From positions 788,604-852,603 of the forward strand of contig JAAOMT010000226.1 of the NCBI GenBank assembly GCA_016748015.1: 64,000 nucleotides of DNA, written 5' to 3'. Positions 25,693 to 40,000 of this stretch are shown here, one piece after another. This DNA comes from Geosiphon pyriformis uo1 (lineage: Eukaryota > Fungi > Glomeromycota). A model generated the notes under the pieces. It saw nothing but the letters and a program-made list of their open reading frames with translations, made no database searches and was not told the origin of the DNA. The number at the start of each line of letters is the position of its first letter. Positions within the stretch are counted from its first letter, which is position 1. Both the position numbers and the translations under genes were made by a program.

Positions 25693-26515
25693 ATGGTACT
25701 AAACGTTTTCTGCCTATCTTCGGGATGGAGTCGCAAAAAAGCGAACCCAACAGAACACCCAGATTTATCATGTGCACAAATGACTCCAAATCAAACAACC
25801 AAACCCTCGAACACAACTGCGGCTGAGAAAGTAAAAGATAAAGATAGGTCAGAATTCACAAAGTTGACCCTTCTCGACCCAACGGACAAAGATTACCGAA
25901 AAATACACGAAAAATTTAAGGATGAGAAAATTGGTGTACCAAACTCGGATGTGAAAGCAATATTTCGCCTGAATATGCCACAAGAAATAATCGAACGACA
26001 CGCTAAGCTGAAAAAGAAAATGGAGCGAAAATGGTTTAGAATAAATTTGAACTTGACAAGGCAAATGTTTCATGGCACAAAAGTAGTGTGTAATCCAAAT
26101 GATTTGATTGCTGGTGGTCAATTGTGCAATGAAACAAAGTGTGGGTTATGTGGGATTATAAAAGAGGGAAATAAGTGCGAGTTGTCGAATGGGGGTAAGC
26201 GCTATTATTTGATTTTCTTGGCTTCAGCTATTTATTTTCAAAAAGTTGATTTCATTTGCTCTCTAAGCTATCTGGTCAGCAGCAAATTCAAACATATCCT
26301 TTTATTATTGTTCGTCGGAGCGAACAAAAGTCATGTTTCTGCTTGATGTCTTATCAAATAATCCCCCAGAAAGCGCTGTGATTTGTGTTTTCAAGGATGA
26401 GGTATATAAATGAGTTCGCAACTTGTGGATCTCTTGCCGAAGAATCAAGTTTTAAATAATTTTTTTTTATTTCTAAAAGGCAACTATACCACGGTTTCTG
26501 ATAATTTTCGAATAA
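25693..26515 (+). CDS. PARP/ADP-ribosyltransferase-like small protein (paralog 2)
   Basis: TKLTLL, RQMFHGT and CNETKCGLCGII, then spliced exons AIWSAANSNISFYY...MFLLDVLS...VFKDE and ATIPRFLIIFE*. Both introns are at positions equivalent to those of 7636-8398. Confidence 0.75.
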
Positions 26516-27217
26516 ATATGCCGGTCCAGGACTTTCTTGGATTGCAAATATATTAATCTGTATCGATTCCAAATTAGAAGATGTAAATGCTGAACGCATT
26601 CAAATCTCAAATGCTTACACAAAAGTGAGAAACTATATGCAACATCATATTTTTTGTGGAAGACAAAATTTGACATCGTTTCTCTTATACCTGAAAATAA
26701 GTGCAGGCCAAATTGGTGACAATTAATTATTCCCTTTATTCTATAAAAAGGCTTTATTTGGCTCATTGAGCAAAAAGCCAAAATCACTGAATTGGAATGT
26801 GTTATTCAAGGTCACATTTTTCCAAAGTTTTTTATTACGAAGGTTTGTATTCGTTAATTCAATAAGGAACCTAACTGGGCATCATACATTAGATCTTTAA
26901 TTTACAAATGCTCGAAAAGTACTTTTAAGGTTTTTTGTCAATCTAAACATTTGGGATTCTTTTTTAATGTTGTTTCACAAGAAAAATGTCCAAATTGAAA
27001 AATTCCAAGTCGACAAATGAGCTTATAGAGCATATTTGAGAATATAAAATAATGAATACTTGAAACAATTTGAAAGGTAATACATGACAAGACCCCTCTT
27101 TTCCTCATTGATATTGATATCTGTGATAATTGGAAAGCAAAATTTTGTTTTCCCATTGTATATTGCTTTAATACAAAATACTTACATTTAGATCGTTTAA
27201 CATTAATCAATTTAAAT

Positions 27218-28789
27218 TTACTTTCTCAGAACTTGAAACACTTCATAATCATGAACAGTAAAATATTGAGGAAGGCCTTGGGAGACCTCAAAGATGTGAG
27301 GTTTGTATTGTTGGCTTCGATACCAACCTCTCGATGTGGTCTCAGACTCGGGGAAAATCTTCAGATCATTGAAAAATTGTGGCCCATAGCTAGAATGATA
27401 AACAATTGAAGGGAAACCAGCAGTAACACGAGCTACTTTTCCGTCTCTTGGGTCTCCTTTATTACCAAAATTGAAAATGAAAGTTGTGTTATCTTCCGCG
27501 AAAAGGTATTTCTCAGTGGCGGCAGACAGTGTTGTCCCGCCCCATGTATTTGGATTATATCCACCAATAATTTGCCCATTTTCGCGAACTTTAATCACTA
27601 CTAAAGTTCCTTTTTTATCACCACAATGGATTCTGAATTGATCGCCGTGAAAACCGTCTCGACTAGCCCTATAAAGAAGTTTATAATCATATGTTGACTT
27701 TAGGTTGCTTGTCAATAAAACAATGTCTTCTTTATTGACCCATGTGGTCAAAACTTTAAAATGGGGTAAACTGATAATCTCTGAATCAATTCGGTGGGCT
27801 TTCAAACGTTCTCTCGCTGGTAAAAGATTCAAAGGCTTGCTATTGGGATTGAGAAAATGTGTCCACATTTCCGATTTGATATTCTTCGGCAAAATTTTTT
27901 TGTATGGCAGCACTTTTTCATGATAATCTTTGGCCGATATGGCACAATATCTGATCAATGGTATGCATTCATTAATTTCCGTTTCCAGAGCTACAAAATC
28001 ATCCTCTGTCCATTCACTCAGCTTCTTAGTATTTAACCCTGTGACTTTTTCAATACCCCATTTGAGTATTGACTCCCAAATTTGAATTTCCGGAATATTA
28101 AGATCTTCACGTTTTAATAGTGAGACGAGCGTTGATTCTGTAAGCAATCCAAAGTCTTTGGACTCAAAAAGAAGGTTTGGAGAGTCTTTGATTTTGTTGA
28201 AGCTGAGTTGTTTTAATAATTCAAGAGATTCATGTAGCCAGGAAATATGCATTATTTTTGCCAGGTTTTGCTGAACCCATGCTGACCTTTGGTCAACAAG
28301 AAATTCCTGACCATATTTAATTAATTCAAGCAACTCGAGTTCATCGGCTGCCGCCAATAGTTTCAAAACATCGTCACCACCAAGTTTTTCAAAGCTAACG
28401 TTTCCAGTATAAATATAGCTTGTTTTTCCAGATTTTCGGCAATAATGAAGAGAGTTAGCACAATTACTCGGCAAATGAAACATTAAAAAATCTTACTAAA
28501 AAATATGGTTTGAGCCCAATATAACATACTTGAGAACAAACTTAAAAGCAATTTCCGGGATATTAGGTTTCTCAAAATAAATCACTCCATCTTTTTCTTC
28601 CAACTTCCAGTCATTGGACAAAGCTCGACGAAAATAAGGACACCTTGCACGTAGAATAAGAGAGTGAGCTTTGAAATTCTTTACATGTCCAAGGTCTTTA
28701 CCCACACAAATTGTCACATCATAGGTGTCTGAGTTTTCTAAAAGTTTTTGTAAATCTTGGAGGAGAGTATTAGTAAGGTTTCTCATCAT
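27218..28789 (-). CDS. BTB/POZ-BACK-TLDc domain protein
   Basis: BTB (FKAHSLILRARCPYFRRALS, intron, YIYTG), BACK-like (LLKREDLNIPEIQIWESILKWG) and TLDc (LLYRASRDGF...IIGGYNP...DYEVFQV). Confidence 0.93.
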
Positions 28790-30064
28790 TTCAGTTGTTG
28801 GGAAATTTTTTGCAAGAATGTAGGAGTATGATAGCCGGCGAGATTGCCCTTATATGGAAATGGGAATTGAGGGATTCGTTTAATATGCTCCACATGTAAA
28901 GGGTATTACTGCACTAAATGATCATGATAATTTTTAATTCTCGGAGACCACGGGTTCTTATCAATTATTTGTTAGCCTATGTCCAAAGCATTCGACGACT
29001 TTAATAGTTACTTTATCAATCTGCAGGATGGAGATCTTTAATTTCAAAGTTTTCGAAGTTGGAAAAAGAAGTTCAAAATTCAAAGTTAGCTCTTATGTGT
29101 AAATTTGCCAAGTTGTTTTGGCTTATCTCAAGATTTTTGAACTTATTATATCAAAAATTTTCTGATAGAACTCATGCCAAAATAATTTCTGGAAGAAAGT
29201 TGATATTTACAAGTTCCAAAGGGCTTTGAAGCTGAAATTACAATTCTTTAACCTAATTCATAAGATATCTTGAAATTGAAATTAAAACGTGGGAAATTCT
29301 ATCATAAAAAATAAGTTGTATTTGAAAGGGAGAATAAAAAGTGGTACGATGGTTGATATTTTGTATATTTAATGGAAAGAATTGCTTTTCATAAAAATCT
29401 TTCACGAGTGTCATAACACGGTCCTAAAATGTTAACATAATTACTTATATAACACATCGAAAGTCGAGACGAAGTTTCTTGTTTAGTGGGAAAAGAAACC
29501 CAAAAAGATCGTTTCAGTATCTTCAGCTCTCCAAGGTAAAATTGGAGATTAGTTTTGAGATTTAAATTTGAATCAAGCAAAGGTAGCAAACGACCAAATG
29601 AGGTAGAAATATGATTTTTAAGGTCTCTAATTCTAAATTATCGATGGTATTTAAGAATTCAGCGTCGAAATAAAATGGGAAATTTGATTATTCTTCGCCG
29701 GAGACAAATAATTTTGTACCCATCTAGGAATCCCTATGCGTCAGTTAAAAATAGATTGGTCAACTCTGAGTGCTACAATTGATAATGTTAGACCAAAGAT
29801 AACAGATTTTTTATTACTCATGCCGACAGGATCATCCGGGCCTTAAGCCAAGCCTTTTGCCTTTTCTCTTGAACTATCAAAAATATCAGAAGGAACTTGG
29901 CAGCTGCAGGAGCTCGGTTGAAATTTATTGAAAAAGCTATTTTTTGATATCAATTACTGAATTTTAAAACTTATAATCTTTTAATAACTTTTGTATCGTA
30001 TAAGAAAGCGAAAAATTCATCTAGAAATAAAAATTATTAATTGGAAACAAAAAACTCCTTATAG

Positions 30065-31216
30065 TTAACAATATGCGGAGCGGCCGAGAGTTGTTCTGAT
30101 TCGGCAAGCCCAATCGGTGAACTTTGGAGTAAAGGATGTCACCCAAGATGCATGATGAACAAATACCTTCCGTAATTTAGGAAATTTTGTGGATGTGAGG
30201 GGTTTGGCCATTTCTTCGGTCAAGCCTGAACATGAATCAAAATCCAAGTATTCGAGACTTTGACAAGCTCCAATTGGTGCTAAGCTAAGGCAATTTTCGA
30301 AATTGACACTCTTGAATTCGAGATGATGTAACGAAATTCCTTGTACTGGTAGCACACCAAGTAGAGTTTCGATTCCAAGCGGAAAGTTTCGGATTACAAG
30401 GCAGTTCAGAGAATTGGTTTGGCCGATGAAACTGTTTAGCTCTAATACGTCTGCTGTCACACCAGCATTATCATGGATTGTAATATTCATGGAAATATCT
30501 AGCGTTTGCTATATGTTTTTGGTTTTTAAACAATCAAAGATTTTAAAATCTGCAAATTAAATCATTGAAATGATTAGAAATTGGGACATTACCAAATTTG
30601 GGAATTTTCCTGCAAAGGTTCTCATCGTTTGCTCAGGTCCGGAGGGTGTACGAAATTCCAATTTCAATATTGTTATATTGGAAAGCCATGCGGGCAAGTT
30701 AATATCAACACTTTCAGCAATAAATGAGCGAAATGCTCCAAAAGGGAACTCTTTATCATGATCCTCAATCGTTGTCACAAATGCTCCAACCTTAGGGAAG
30801 AGATTCATCAAAGCATTATTGATAATAAGTTGGGCAACGTAAGGATCATCATATGATGACTCAGCACACCAAAGCGCTATTGTTTTGCGCATCGCGCTCA
30901 AGTCGAGAGTGTGTACGAAAGAAGGATATTCAAAAAATGGCTTTCGGGCGGACTTGATCCATGTGACCTTAGCATTGAAGGAAATATCATTAAGTTCTTG
31001 TTCGTTTAAGAATCTCAGCAAGGTTTCAACCATTTTTTGTCGTCTTTGAATAAATCTCCAATGAAATGGCTCTCTCCACAATAGTGAAACTATCACACTG
31101 CACCAATTCCGATTTATTTGCAAAAATCGAAAAAAATCACCGGGAGTCTCAAGTGGATCTTGTGGGATGTAGCTTAGAATCTCGAAAAGGATTTCTGGTG
31201 GCATCTGCCCTGCCAT
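30065..31216 (-). CDS. F-box / LRR protein
   Basis: MPPEILFEILSY, INRNWCSVIVSLLWREPF and PFFEYPSFV. Phase-0 intron 30592-30509 joins to the LRR exon. Confidence 0.88.
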
Positions 31217-31496
31217 ATGAACAGGATCGGAATCAGTTGCCTAATACACCTTTGAATAGTGAAATTTAAAAATGGGATTTTTTTTCATGAGTCGCAGATT
31301 GTGGTTTTAAGAAAAAGAGCAAATAATTGAAAAGGAAGAGAATCTAGGATAATTAAAGGTTCGAAAATCAAAATATTTTGAAGGTTGGGTTGGGTTGGGA
31401 AGAGGAAATATGTGTCGTCCAATTTGATTACTGCATCAAAAAATTACAGCCCAAATGAAATCAGATGGCTCCCTTCATGTTTGCTGCTCACAAATG

Positions 31497-31529
<33 letters not shown>

Positions 31530-31822
31530 TATAATTATTATTATGAAGTATATCAAATATATCCTCAGGTGCTTGCCACCTTGATTTTCAAATTGGCTAA
31601 ATGCCCAGCTTAAAAGAACTACAGCTATGTTTTGGCAATGATAAATTACACTGATGAATTGATTTATTTATTTATTTGGGAGCACTAATGCATAAAGCAG
31701 ATGTCATCATATGGGACTATGTGACAATATGATTAATTGATGTGTTCTATTTTAGGAAGACATGTCTCATTTCTTTCAGTCTTACTCGATGGTGATTTTT
31801 AGAATCTTTGGCCCTATTATGA

Positions 31823-33040
31823 TCACTCAAAGAGAAATTGAGAATTTTTTTGCATGATAATATTTTTCAAGAAACGATTCACGGAAGGTTTCTTACAAAA
31901 TATAGATTCTTCAATTTGTGAAACCAAATTCGGGAATTTTGGGTTTTGTTCCCGTATAAAACCCTGGGATATTTTACTTCCTGTTACTCTACTTTTATTG
32001 TTTATTTTCAGAATCTTCATAATCTCTAATAAAATTGCTTTCGCTAGCGGAGGTGACACAGCGTTGCCAACTATAAATATGGAAGTTAAACTTGAATTCG
32101 TTGCTGACCTTGTCTATACTTCAAGGGAACGCTTTGGTTCTCGCTTAAAATTTCAAATGAATCTGGAAATCCCTGGAGACGGGCACACTCCCGAGCTGTG
32201 ATCCATCTGCATACGGATGGGTGGATGCATTTCCATCCAGGATTGGGTGAAGCGAGAACTGTGGGTGCGATCTTATTATATTCAAGACGCATAAAATAAT
32301 CTGAAGAATTCTGATCAAAATCTTCAATATTTGGTGATATTCTTTGTGGTCCTGTAGAGCTGATATGTCGCCTTACGCGATTTAGAGTATTAATCGTGAT
32401 GGGCAAACCTTTTGCCAAAAGTTAATAATTAAAGAGTTTAATATTCGGTGTTTAGCAAATTAAAACTAAGATTTTCTTATATTGAAACACTTCCCGTACA
32501 GTTGGAGTTTCGAAGTAACTTTTGTTCAATCTTTCGTCCCTCTCGTTGGGTTTTAAATCTTCCCAATCAAAGTGGGTTACCTTTGGCCATCTCGGGATAT
32601 GCTGACCTTGAAGAGCAACTAATAAAAAGAAACGTTTGCGCTTTTGAAACGCCCAAAAATTGGCAGAAGACAGTGTTGTTGTTTCGAAGGTATATCGTTT
32701 GAATTAAAAGATGTAGCAAAAAACATTTTCATTGGTATTTTTATCGAAAAAATACCGTTTGATTCATCACTAATTTTCTCTCACTCCATATTTGTCAACC
32801 GCGAATAAAACTCTGCCGTTACTCACATTGTACCATTGGTCATCCAAACGGTTAAGAAATTTTTCAATCGGCTCCTCGAATGCAAAAGACTCGGGATGGT
32901 TATGATTATATATCAAGTACGCATCATGGTCAATATCTGAAGGAGAACTCAGCTTGCTTTGCTCCTAAACTAAGGCCACCACAACCACAAAAGAGGTCCC
33001 CAACAAAAATTTTTGCAAAATTTTTGCCATTGGATGACGA
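31823..33040 (-). pseudogene. C5-cytosine DNA methyltransferase copy 2, internally deleted
   Basis: Motif I (IFVGDLFCGCGGLSLGAKQA at ~33010-32950), DIDHDAYLIYNHNHPE, then motifs VIII-X nearly identical to 54-960 with the same introns. The junction caatgtgagt|aacggcagag at ~32821 removes motif IV (PC) and motif VI (ENV). A frameshift follows motif I. Confidence 0.9.
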
Positions 33041-34539
33041 CTACTTACTGTTATATTAATTATTTCAAGTATGTACTAAATAATTTGTTTCAATTTGTTC
33101 AAAATCTATTTTGAATTGCAACAAATTTTATCTTTTTTATCTAACATAGAATGGGTGATAAAGAAAAAGCTTTTAAGATAAAACTAAAAGACCCAAAAAT
33201 GAATACAGCATCTTAATTGTAATTTAAAAAAATATATAAATAATCAAATAAATTTTCTCTTTTGTTTTTATTTACACTAAGTTGTAAACCAAGAATGTCC
33301 AATAAACTGAGTAATTATCAGAATCTTGAAAAGAAAATATTCTTACATTATTAAAGATATAATAATAATTATATATAATTCAAAAAAGATTAATTTTTTT
33401 TTATTAATGCTATAACAAAGTGAATCATGTGCTTTCTGCACGTGACCAGCCACCCAGACTTATGTTAAACATCACTAAACACTATCCAATAACTTCTCAG
33501 ATTCATACAAAATGTGTATAACACAATTTTATACAACTAAAACATTATAAAAAAATTTGGAAGCCAAAAGCAAACCAAAATAGCTTAAATATTTACAAAC
33601 TTAGTATTTACAACAAAAATCAAATAACAGTATCTAAATTTTATCTTTGTATATAATTAAAAATAAATGCACAAATTTTATAATTATAAAAGTAATAAGT
33701 TTAATATATTTAAAAACCTGAAAAGTTTTTAATACCAATTATAAAAAACAAATTTTTTAGTTAAACAATATAAAAAAATAATTTACATTGCCAAAATTAT
33801 TTACATAATTATTTAATATACTTAATTTTTTAATAAATATAACTAATAAAATTATATATATAATAAACAAAAAAAAATTTTTTTAAGATTATTAAACCAA
33901 AAATAATTTTGCAAAAATGTTTAAAAAATACAGTTATATTAATTAATTTATTAATAAATTTATTATTAAATACATTTAAATAATTTTTTATCTTAATTTA
34001 GTTTATATATAAATTTTTATTATAGATAATTTTGGTAATTTTATATTGTTTTAATCAATATTTATTTTGAAAATTGAATTTGTTATTTTTTAATTCAAAT
34101 TTATATATTAAAATAATTACTTAATTATCTGTATTAATAATACACTTTTTATTAATAAAAATATATTTTAAAACTAATACAATAAGTTTAATTTTTAATA
34201 AAAATTAATAATATAATACTTTATATTTTAACATTAATTTTATAATTTAAGTTATTAAAATAAACAACTATATTATTAATTATTAAAAAAAATTTAAATT
34301 CTTAATTAATTTATTTATAAAAACAATAAACATATTATTATTATATAATTATAGTTTAAAATATACTTTATTAATCTTTAATACAAAAATATTTAAAAAA
34401 ATAATAAATTTTTTTTCTTATTAATCTTTTGGTTATAAAAAAGCATAAAATAACCAAAGTAATAGCTTTTTTTATTTCTTTTTTCTTCTTTTTTTCTAGT
34501 TATTTCTTTTAATATATCTTCTTTTGTTGTAATAGAACT

Positions 34540-35940
34540 GGTAAGTTTATCTGCTGATGGTTTTAGTTTTGGTTTAATTGGTTTGAGAATCTATTTGATC
34601 ACTAAAAAAAAGCATGTAAATAGTGTTTATTTTTATAATGTATTTTATAAGAAGACAAAAAAACTTGAAGCTAGTAATGTTATGATCAATTTATTTATTA
34701 GTTTTTTACATCTGAAGAATATTAATGGTTTTATTACTAAACCTATAGTATTTTAGAGAAACAAAGTTATTAGTATTGTAAGTAATGTTAATAGTTTTTT
34801 GAATATTAAAAATATAAAAAACATAGTTGCCAAGAAAACTAATTATATAGATTTAAATACTTTAGTAGGTAATAAAAATATAAATAAAATTATGCTAAAG
34901 AAAACTTACACTTAAATATATATATTAAATTATTTATTAAAAGTTTTATTATTTGATAATATAAGTAATAATAATAACATATTAGTTTTTTTATTTTTTA
35001 AGTTTGCCAGTTCTAAGCAGTTGTCAATAATTAAGTCATATATTCTTGAAAAACAAACTTTTAAACCAATTAGATTGTTTATATTGAATGTTAATCTGTC
35101 TGTTATGCTTAATAAGACTATTAATGATAAGTTAATTATTGTAAAAAAAAATTTCTATTATATTAATGGTTTTAGAGGAGCTTTTACTTTTTCAAATTTT
35201 TAGAAATAATTAAATTATCTTTTATATTAGATTTAAATTTACATAAGGCTAAAAAATTGACTATTAGTAAAAAAATTTTGATTAATAATGATGTAAAAAA
35301 AGTAAATAACCATATAAATTAGAAAGTAATTATAAAAAAAATTCCAGTTAATCTTTTCAAATTTAATAAGATAGTTTTAATTAAAATACAGCTAATTAGT
35401 CTTTGACAAAAGATTATAGTGTAGTTTAAATTATTAAATATTGTTAGTTTAATTACTAGTTTTTATGAGAAAAAATTTCGTGCATATGGCTTTGGTGATT
35501 AATAATAAATAGTTGTGGATATCCAGAAATTTTCACTGAGTTTTGTTGTATACTTTGCCAATTGGCACTATTGTTCATAATCTTTTTAAAGTATTGAAAT
35601 TATATGGTAAAAAAACTTGTTTTATTAGTTATAATATGAATATATATGAACATAACAAGTGTGTTATTATTTGTTTTGCTAACAAAGCTTTCAAGAAAAC
35701 TGTTGTTAATTTTACTCTGGTTTTTAAGGATGATTAATTTTATCTGTAAAGTTTTTTGATTATAAGCACAAAAAAATGTTTGGCTATTCACAATTTAAGT
35801 ATGTAAGCTATCTTTTTTAAGTTAATTGACTGCAGTTACTAAAGTCTAACAGTGTTTTTTTGCCTTTTTAATAAATTAACAAGATAATATTAATATCTAA
35901 TTTTAGAAAAAGCTTCTTTTTTTTACCAGGCTATTATGAA
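34540..35940 (+). mobile_element. Degraded non-LTR retrotransposon ORF1-like relic
   Basis: KPIRLFILNVNLSVMLNKTINDKLIIVKKNFYYINGFRGAFTFS aligns by eye with PVRKFYALDIDLLAVSSKLSLDKLKVIRKLFLKVNGFGEF at 40679-41131 (-). Also LLYTLPIGTIVHNL...GKKTCFI. The LINE assignment is from recall. Confidence 0.55.
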
Positions 35941-36409
35941 GTTTATTTTTAAACTGTTAATTTTACAATATTGCTGCTATACAAAAGAAAAAAAAATTAA
36001 AAAATTAAAAAAAATTAAAAAATTAAAAAAAAATAAAAAGAAAAATAAAATAAATAAAAGGAAATTAGTTTTGTTAATTATTATAATCAAGAGTAATTGG
36101 TTCAAGTTGTTATTATTCAAAGCAGTTTTATTTTAAAAACATCTAATTAAAAATAAAGATAAGAAAAAAATTAGTTCAAGTTAAATATAGAATTTATGGA
36201 TTATGTACAAGTAAGTTTAAATTTAAATATTTTTTTTATTTACAATAATATAAATATATAGATAGGGTGGATCTAACAAATATTAGTAAAAGAATATATT
36301 TTTTTATCTGTCTGTTTCTCTGTTTGTTTTGCTGCTAAAACTATTTATTTTTATATATATATTTAATTTTACAAAACTGTTTTTGATTATTTGTTGTTAC
36401 TAGTTATTG

Positions 36410-37040
36410 TTTACTATTTTTGTTATTGCTTTGTTTTTTTACACTATAATTAGTTATTCTATGTTATAGCTAATTATTCTGTGCTATTTTATATTATTAT
36501 AAGTCATCTTATATTATTTTAAATTATAATATATTATTCTGTATTATTTTGCATTATTACATTTTTTTAAGTTATTATGTTTTTAATTATGTTTTTTCCA
36601 ATATTTTTTGAATTGGTTTTTCTACTTGAATAACACTAAGCAATATGTTATAATATTTTAAAAATATGCTTATTTTTTGCAAATATGCACAATTCTAAAA
36701 ATATGTTGTAATTTTCTGAAAATATGCTTATTTTTTGTAAATTTATATATTAAGTATTATTTTCTATTGGTCTATTCTTATAATTTGTTTTTTTGTACTT
36801 TTTTTCTATAAATAATGTTACTATTTTTGTTATTGCTTTGTTTTTTTACACTATAACTAGTTATTTTATATTACAGTTAGTTATTTTGTGCTATTTTATG
36901 TTATTTTGTATTATTCTAAGTTATTATGTATTATTCTGTGTTATTTCATATTATCATATTTTTTTTATATTATTATATTTTAATTATGTTTTAATTATAT
37001 TTTTTCAATAGTTTTTGGATTGGTTTTTCTATTCAAATAA
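36410..37040. repeat. Diverged direct repeat pair (~230 bp, ~36410-36640 and ~36818-37040)
   Basis: Both begin ttactatttttgttattgctttgtttttttacactataa.tagttatt and end ttttt.gaattggtttttcta..t.aataa. Confidence 0.75.
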
Positions 37041-40000
37041 TAATAAACATCTAAATAACTTTTTAAATCAACCAAAACTGAAACTACTTTATAATTAGTA
37101 TTAAAAAATTCAGATACAAAGTAAATTTTATGAATAATAACTATAAATAACAAATTTTTACTTGCAAAAATATAATCAATAATCTTTTTAACATCTTTAA
37201 AATTGTTTTATGTAGAAGCTCTGACTAATAAATAATTACTAAAAAAATTAATTAAATCTAAATTCGAGCAAAATCTAAAGTTCAGACTTTTTTTTAATCT
37301 ATTTTTATTGAAATTTTTACTCAAAACTATAAAAAAGCTGGAATTAACTATTTAACAATAAAAAAGTTAATTTTTGATGTCTGACTAAATCTGGTTTCAG
37401 CAGAAACACCAGTATATAAATCCAAAATTCTAATTGAAAGATTATTTTTAAATAAAAATCAAACAGAAATAATTTAATCAAAAATCTTTTTTACTTTTGA
37501 AATATGTTGAGCTAAAAAATTGTTTATAATAATAGCCATTCTAACATTGAAAAAACTTTGGTTCAAACTAGATGTAAAAATTTGTATCTTATTAAACTTA
37601 TTTATAATCTAAAACTTAATACTAAATCTCAATTTTGTTTCTATAATAATAAAAATCATGTTATCTAAATCTATATACCAACAAATAACATTTTTTTGCT
37701 TTGCAAAAACATTAATACTTCAAGTATTATACATAACAACTTTTTAAACTAAATTGGTTATTAATAGAAAAGAATATTTAAACTTAAACCAATATTTTTT
37801 ACTTTGGCCAACAAACTTATAATTATATTAAACAAATTGTTTATGTTCACTTCTAATCTAACAATATTCTAAAATAAAGAAAAAATTTTCTTTATTATAA
37901 TTTTATTACTAATAATTCTACCTAAATTTTTATTTATTGTTATATTCACTTCTTGATCTTGCAATAAAAAAATTATTAATAATTAATATCTAAAGCATAA
38001 CTAAGAAACTATTAATTCAAATACTTCTAATTTTTCTGTTAATTTACTAATTTGTTTTATAAAACCAGTAAGACTACATTTAAAAACTACAAACTTATTA
38101 TTTATTTTTAATGTAATCAATAAAAAAGACTTTATTTCTAAAAAAAACCAATTTTTAATAAATTATTTTGTTCATAAAGAGAAAAAAATAAAGAGTTACC
38201 AATAATTTTGCTCAAAAAATATTACCAAAAAACACTAAACAAATAATAAGAGCTAATTATTTGACATAAATAGTTGCTAGTCTGTTTTTATTTGCTTTTA
38301 AAAAAATTTTATAAAACAAATTACCAAGAAAAATATTTTTATTAATAATATAACTTAATAATATATAATCTGATTTTTCATACTTGATATATTTAACTAA
38401 GTTTAGATAAAATCAATATAGATTAGCACTTTTTAGCACTGGTATTGTTTTTATAATAGTATTTAATGCAGATTTTAATTTAAAATACACTATAATATAT
38501 TTAATTTTAGTATATATAACTAAATTTTAATCTATAATACAAGTTTTTTTATTGATAAATTCTAAAAAGTTTTAAAGATTATGTATATTTGTTTCCACAA
38601 AAAAAATATAAAATAGTGTTTTATTATTGTTCTTAGTATTTTATGTTTTTTTATTTTAATTAGTCTTAGCAATCTATACAATATTTTTCTTAATTAAAAT
38701 AAACTATTTTATTGTAGCCAAATCAGCATAATTTAATTGTTCAAATTCAATAATTGTTTTTTTTTACAGTTTTACCAATTGTATTTTAATCTATTTAATT
38801 ATTTTAAATTTAAACAATACAGTATATACAGTTTTTATTGATATTCTTATTAAAATTTTTTGATTATTACAGTTTAATCTGAATACACAGCTAATTTTTT
38901 GAAATTGTTATTTATTAAGATATTTATAGCTTTTGTTTTTTCTATTACTTATATCAAGCTTGATTTAAAAATAAATAATATGTAGATAATTTTAGCAAAT
39001 TTTGAGAAAATAAAAATTTTCTACCAAAAACTCTTTTTTTATATTAATATTATCAAATTTAGTGATATTACTGGTCTTAAAACTTTAAAAATAGCCAACT
39101 AATTCCTTAATAAACATCTTCTTATTAATTATATTATCTTTTAAAACACTATTTTTTTTTTTAAAAAAAAAATGTTTTTATTAGCAATAGCAAAGCTAAA
39201 ATTTCTAACAGACTTTTTTATAATAACAATACTAAAGCTTACAACATTCTTATAATCAAGCAAAAACGATTTAAATATATTAAACTGAATGATTAAAAAA
39301 CTTTTTTAATAAATAAGCTCTTTTTTTATTTTTGAAAGTTTTTAAATATAGAAAAAAAAGTTTTTTTAAGTAATAATTAATAAGATATTTTAAGCTTATT
39401 TAATTAAAACAAACTTATAATTTATGTTAAAAACTTGTATATATTACTAACTAAATTATTTATAAAAATATAGTTTAAAATATTATAAACTTTATAAAAT
39501 TATATTAAATTTAGTCTTAAATTAAATTAAATTTATATAAATTATTAACCAAATTTAAATTTTTAAGTTTAATTAAATTAATATTTTGTTTTAAATTATG
39601 TTTATTCAAATTATTATTTATTTAAAATTTTAGTAATTATATTATTAATGTTTTTGAATTAAATAAAACAGTTATATAAAAATGTCTTAACATAAATATT
39701 AATAATAATATAACAAATTTTTTTTTTAAAACTAAATAAGAATCTATTTTTTATTTCTTAAATTTTTCTAATATATTAATTATATTATTGTTTATAATAA
39801 TAGTAATATTAAAATTTATATACATTAAAAACTATATCAAATATAAAAATCTTAAATTCATTAAAAACATTTTTAATTTATATATTATTGGTTAATTTAA
39901 GCTTAATTTCTATAATAATAAAAATAATATAACTATTTTTTTGTATTATTTAATAATATTTGCTTGTTTAATAAAAATATTTATTATTTTTATATTAAAT

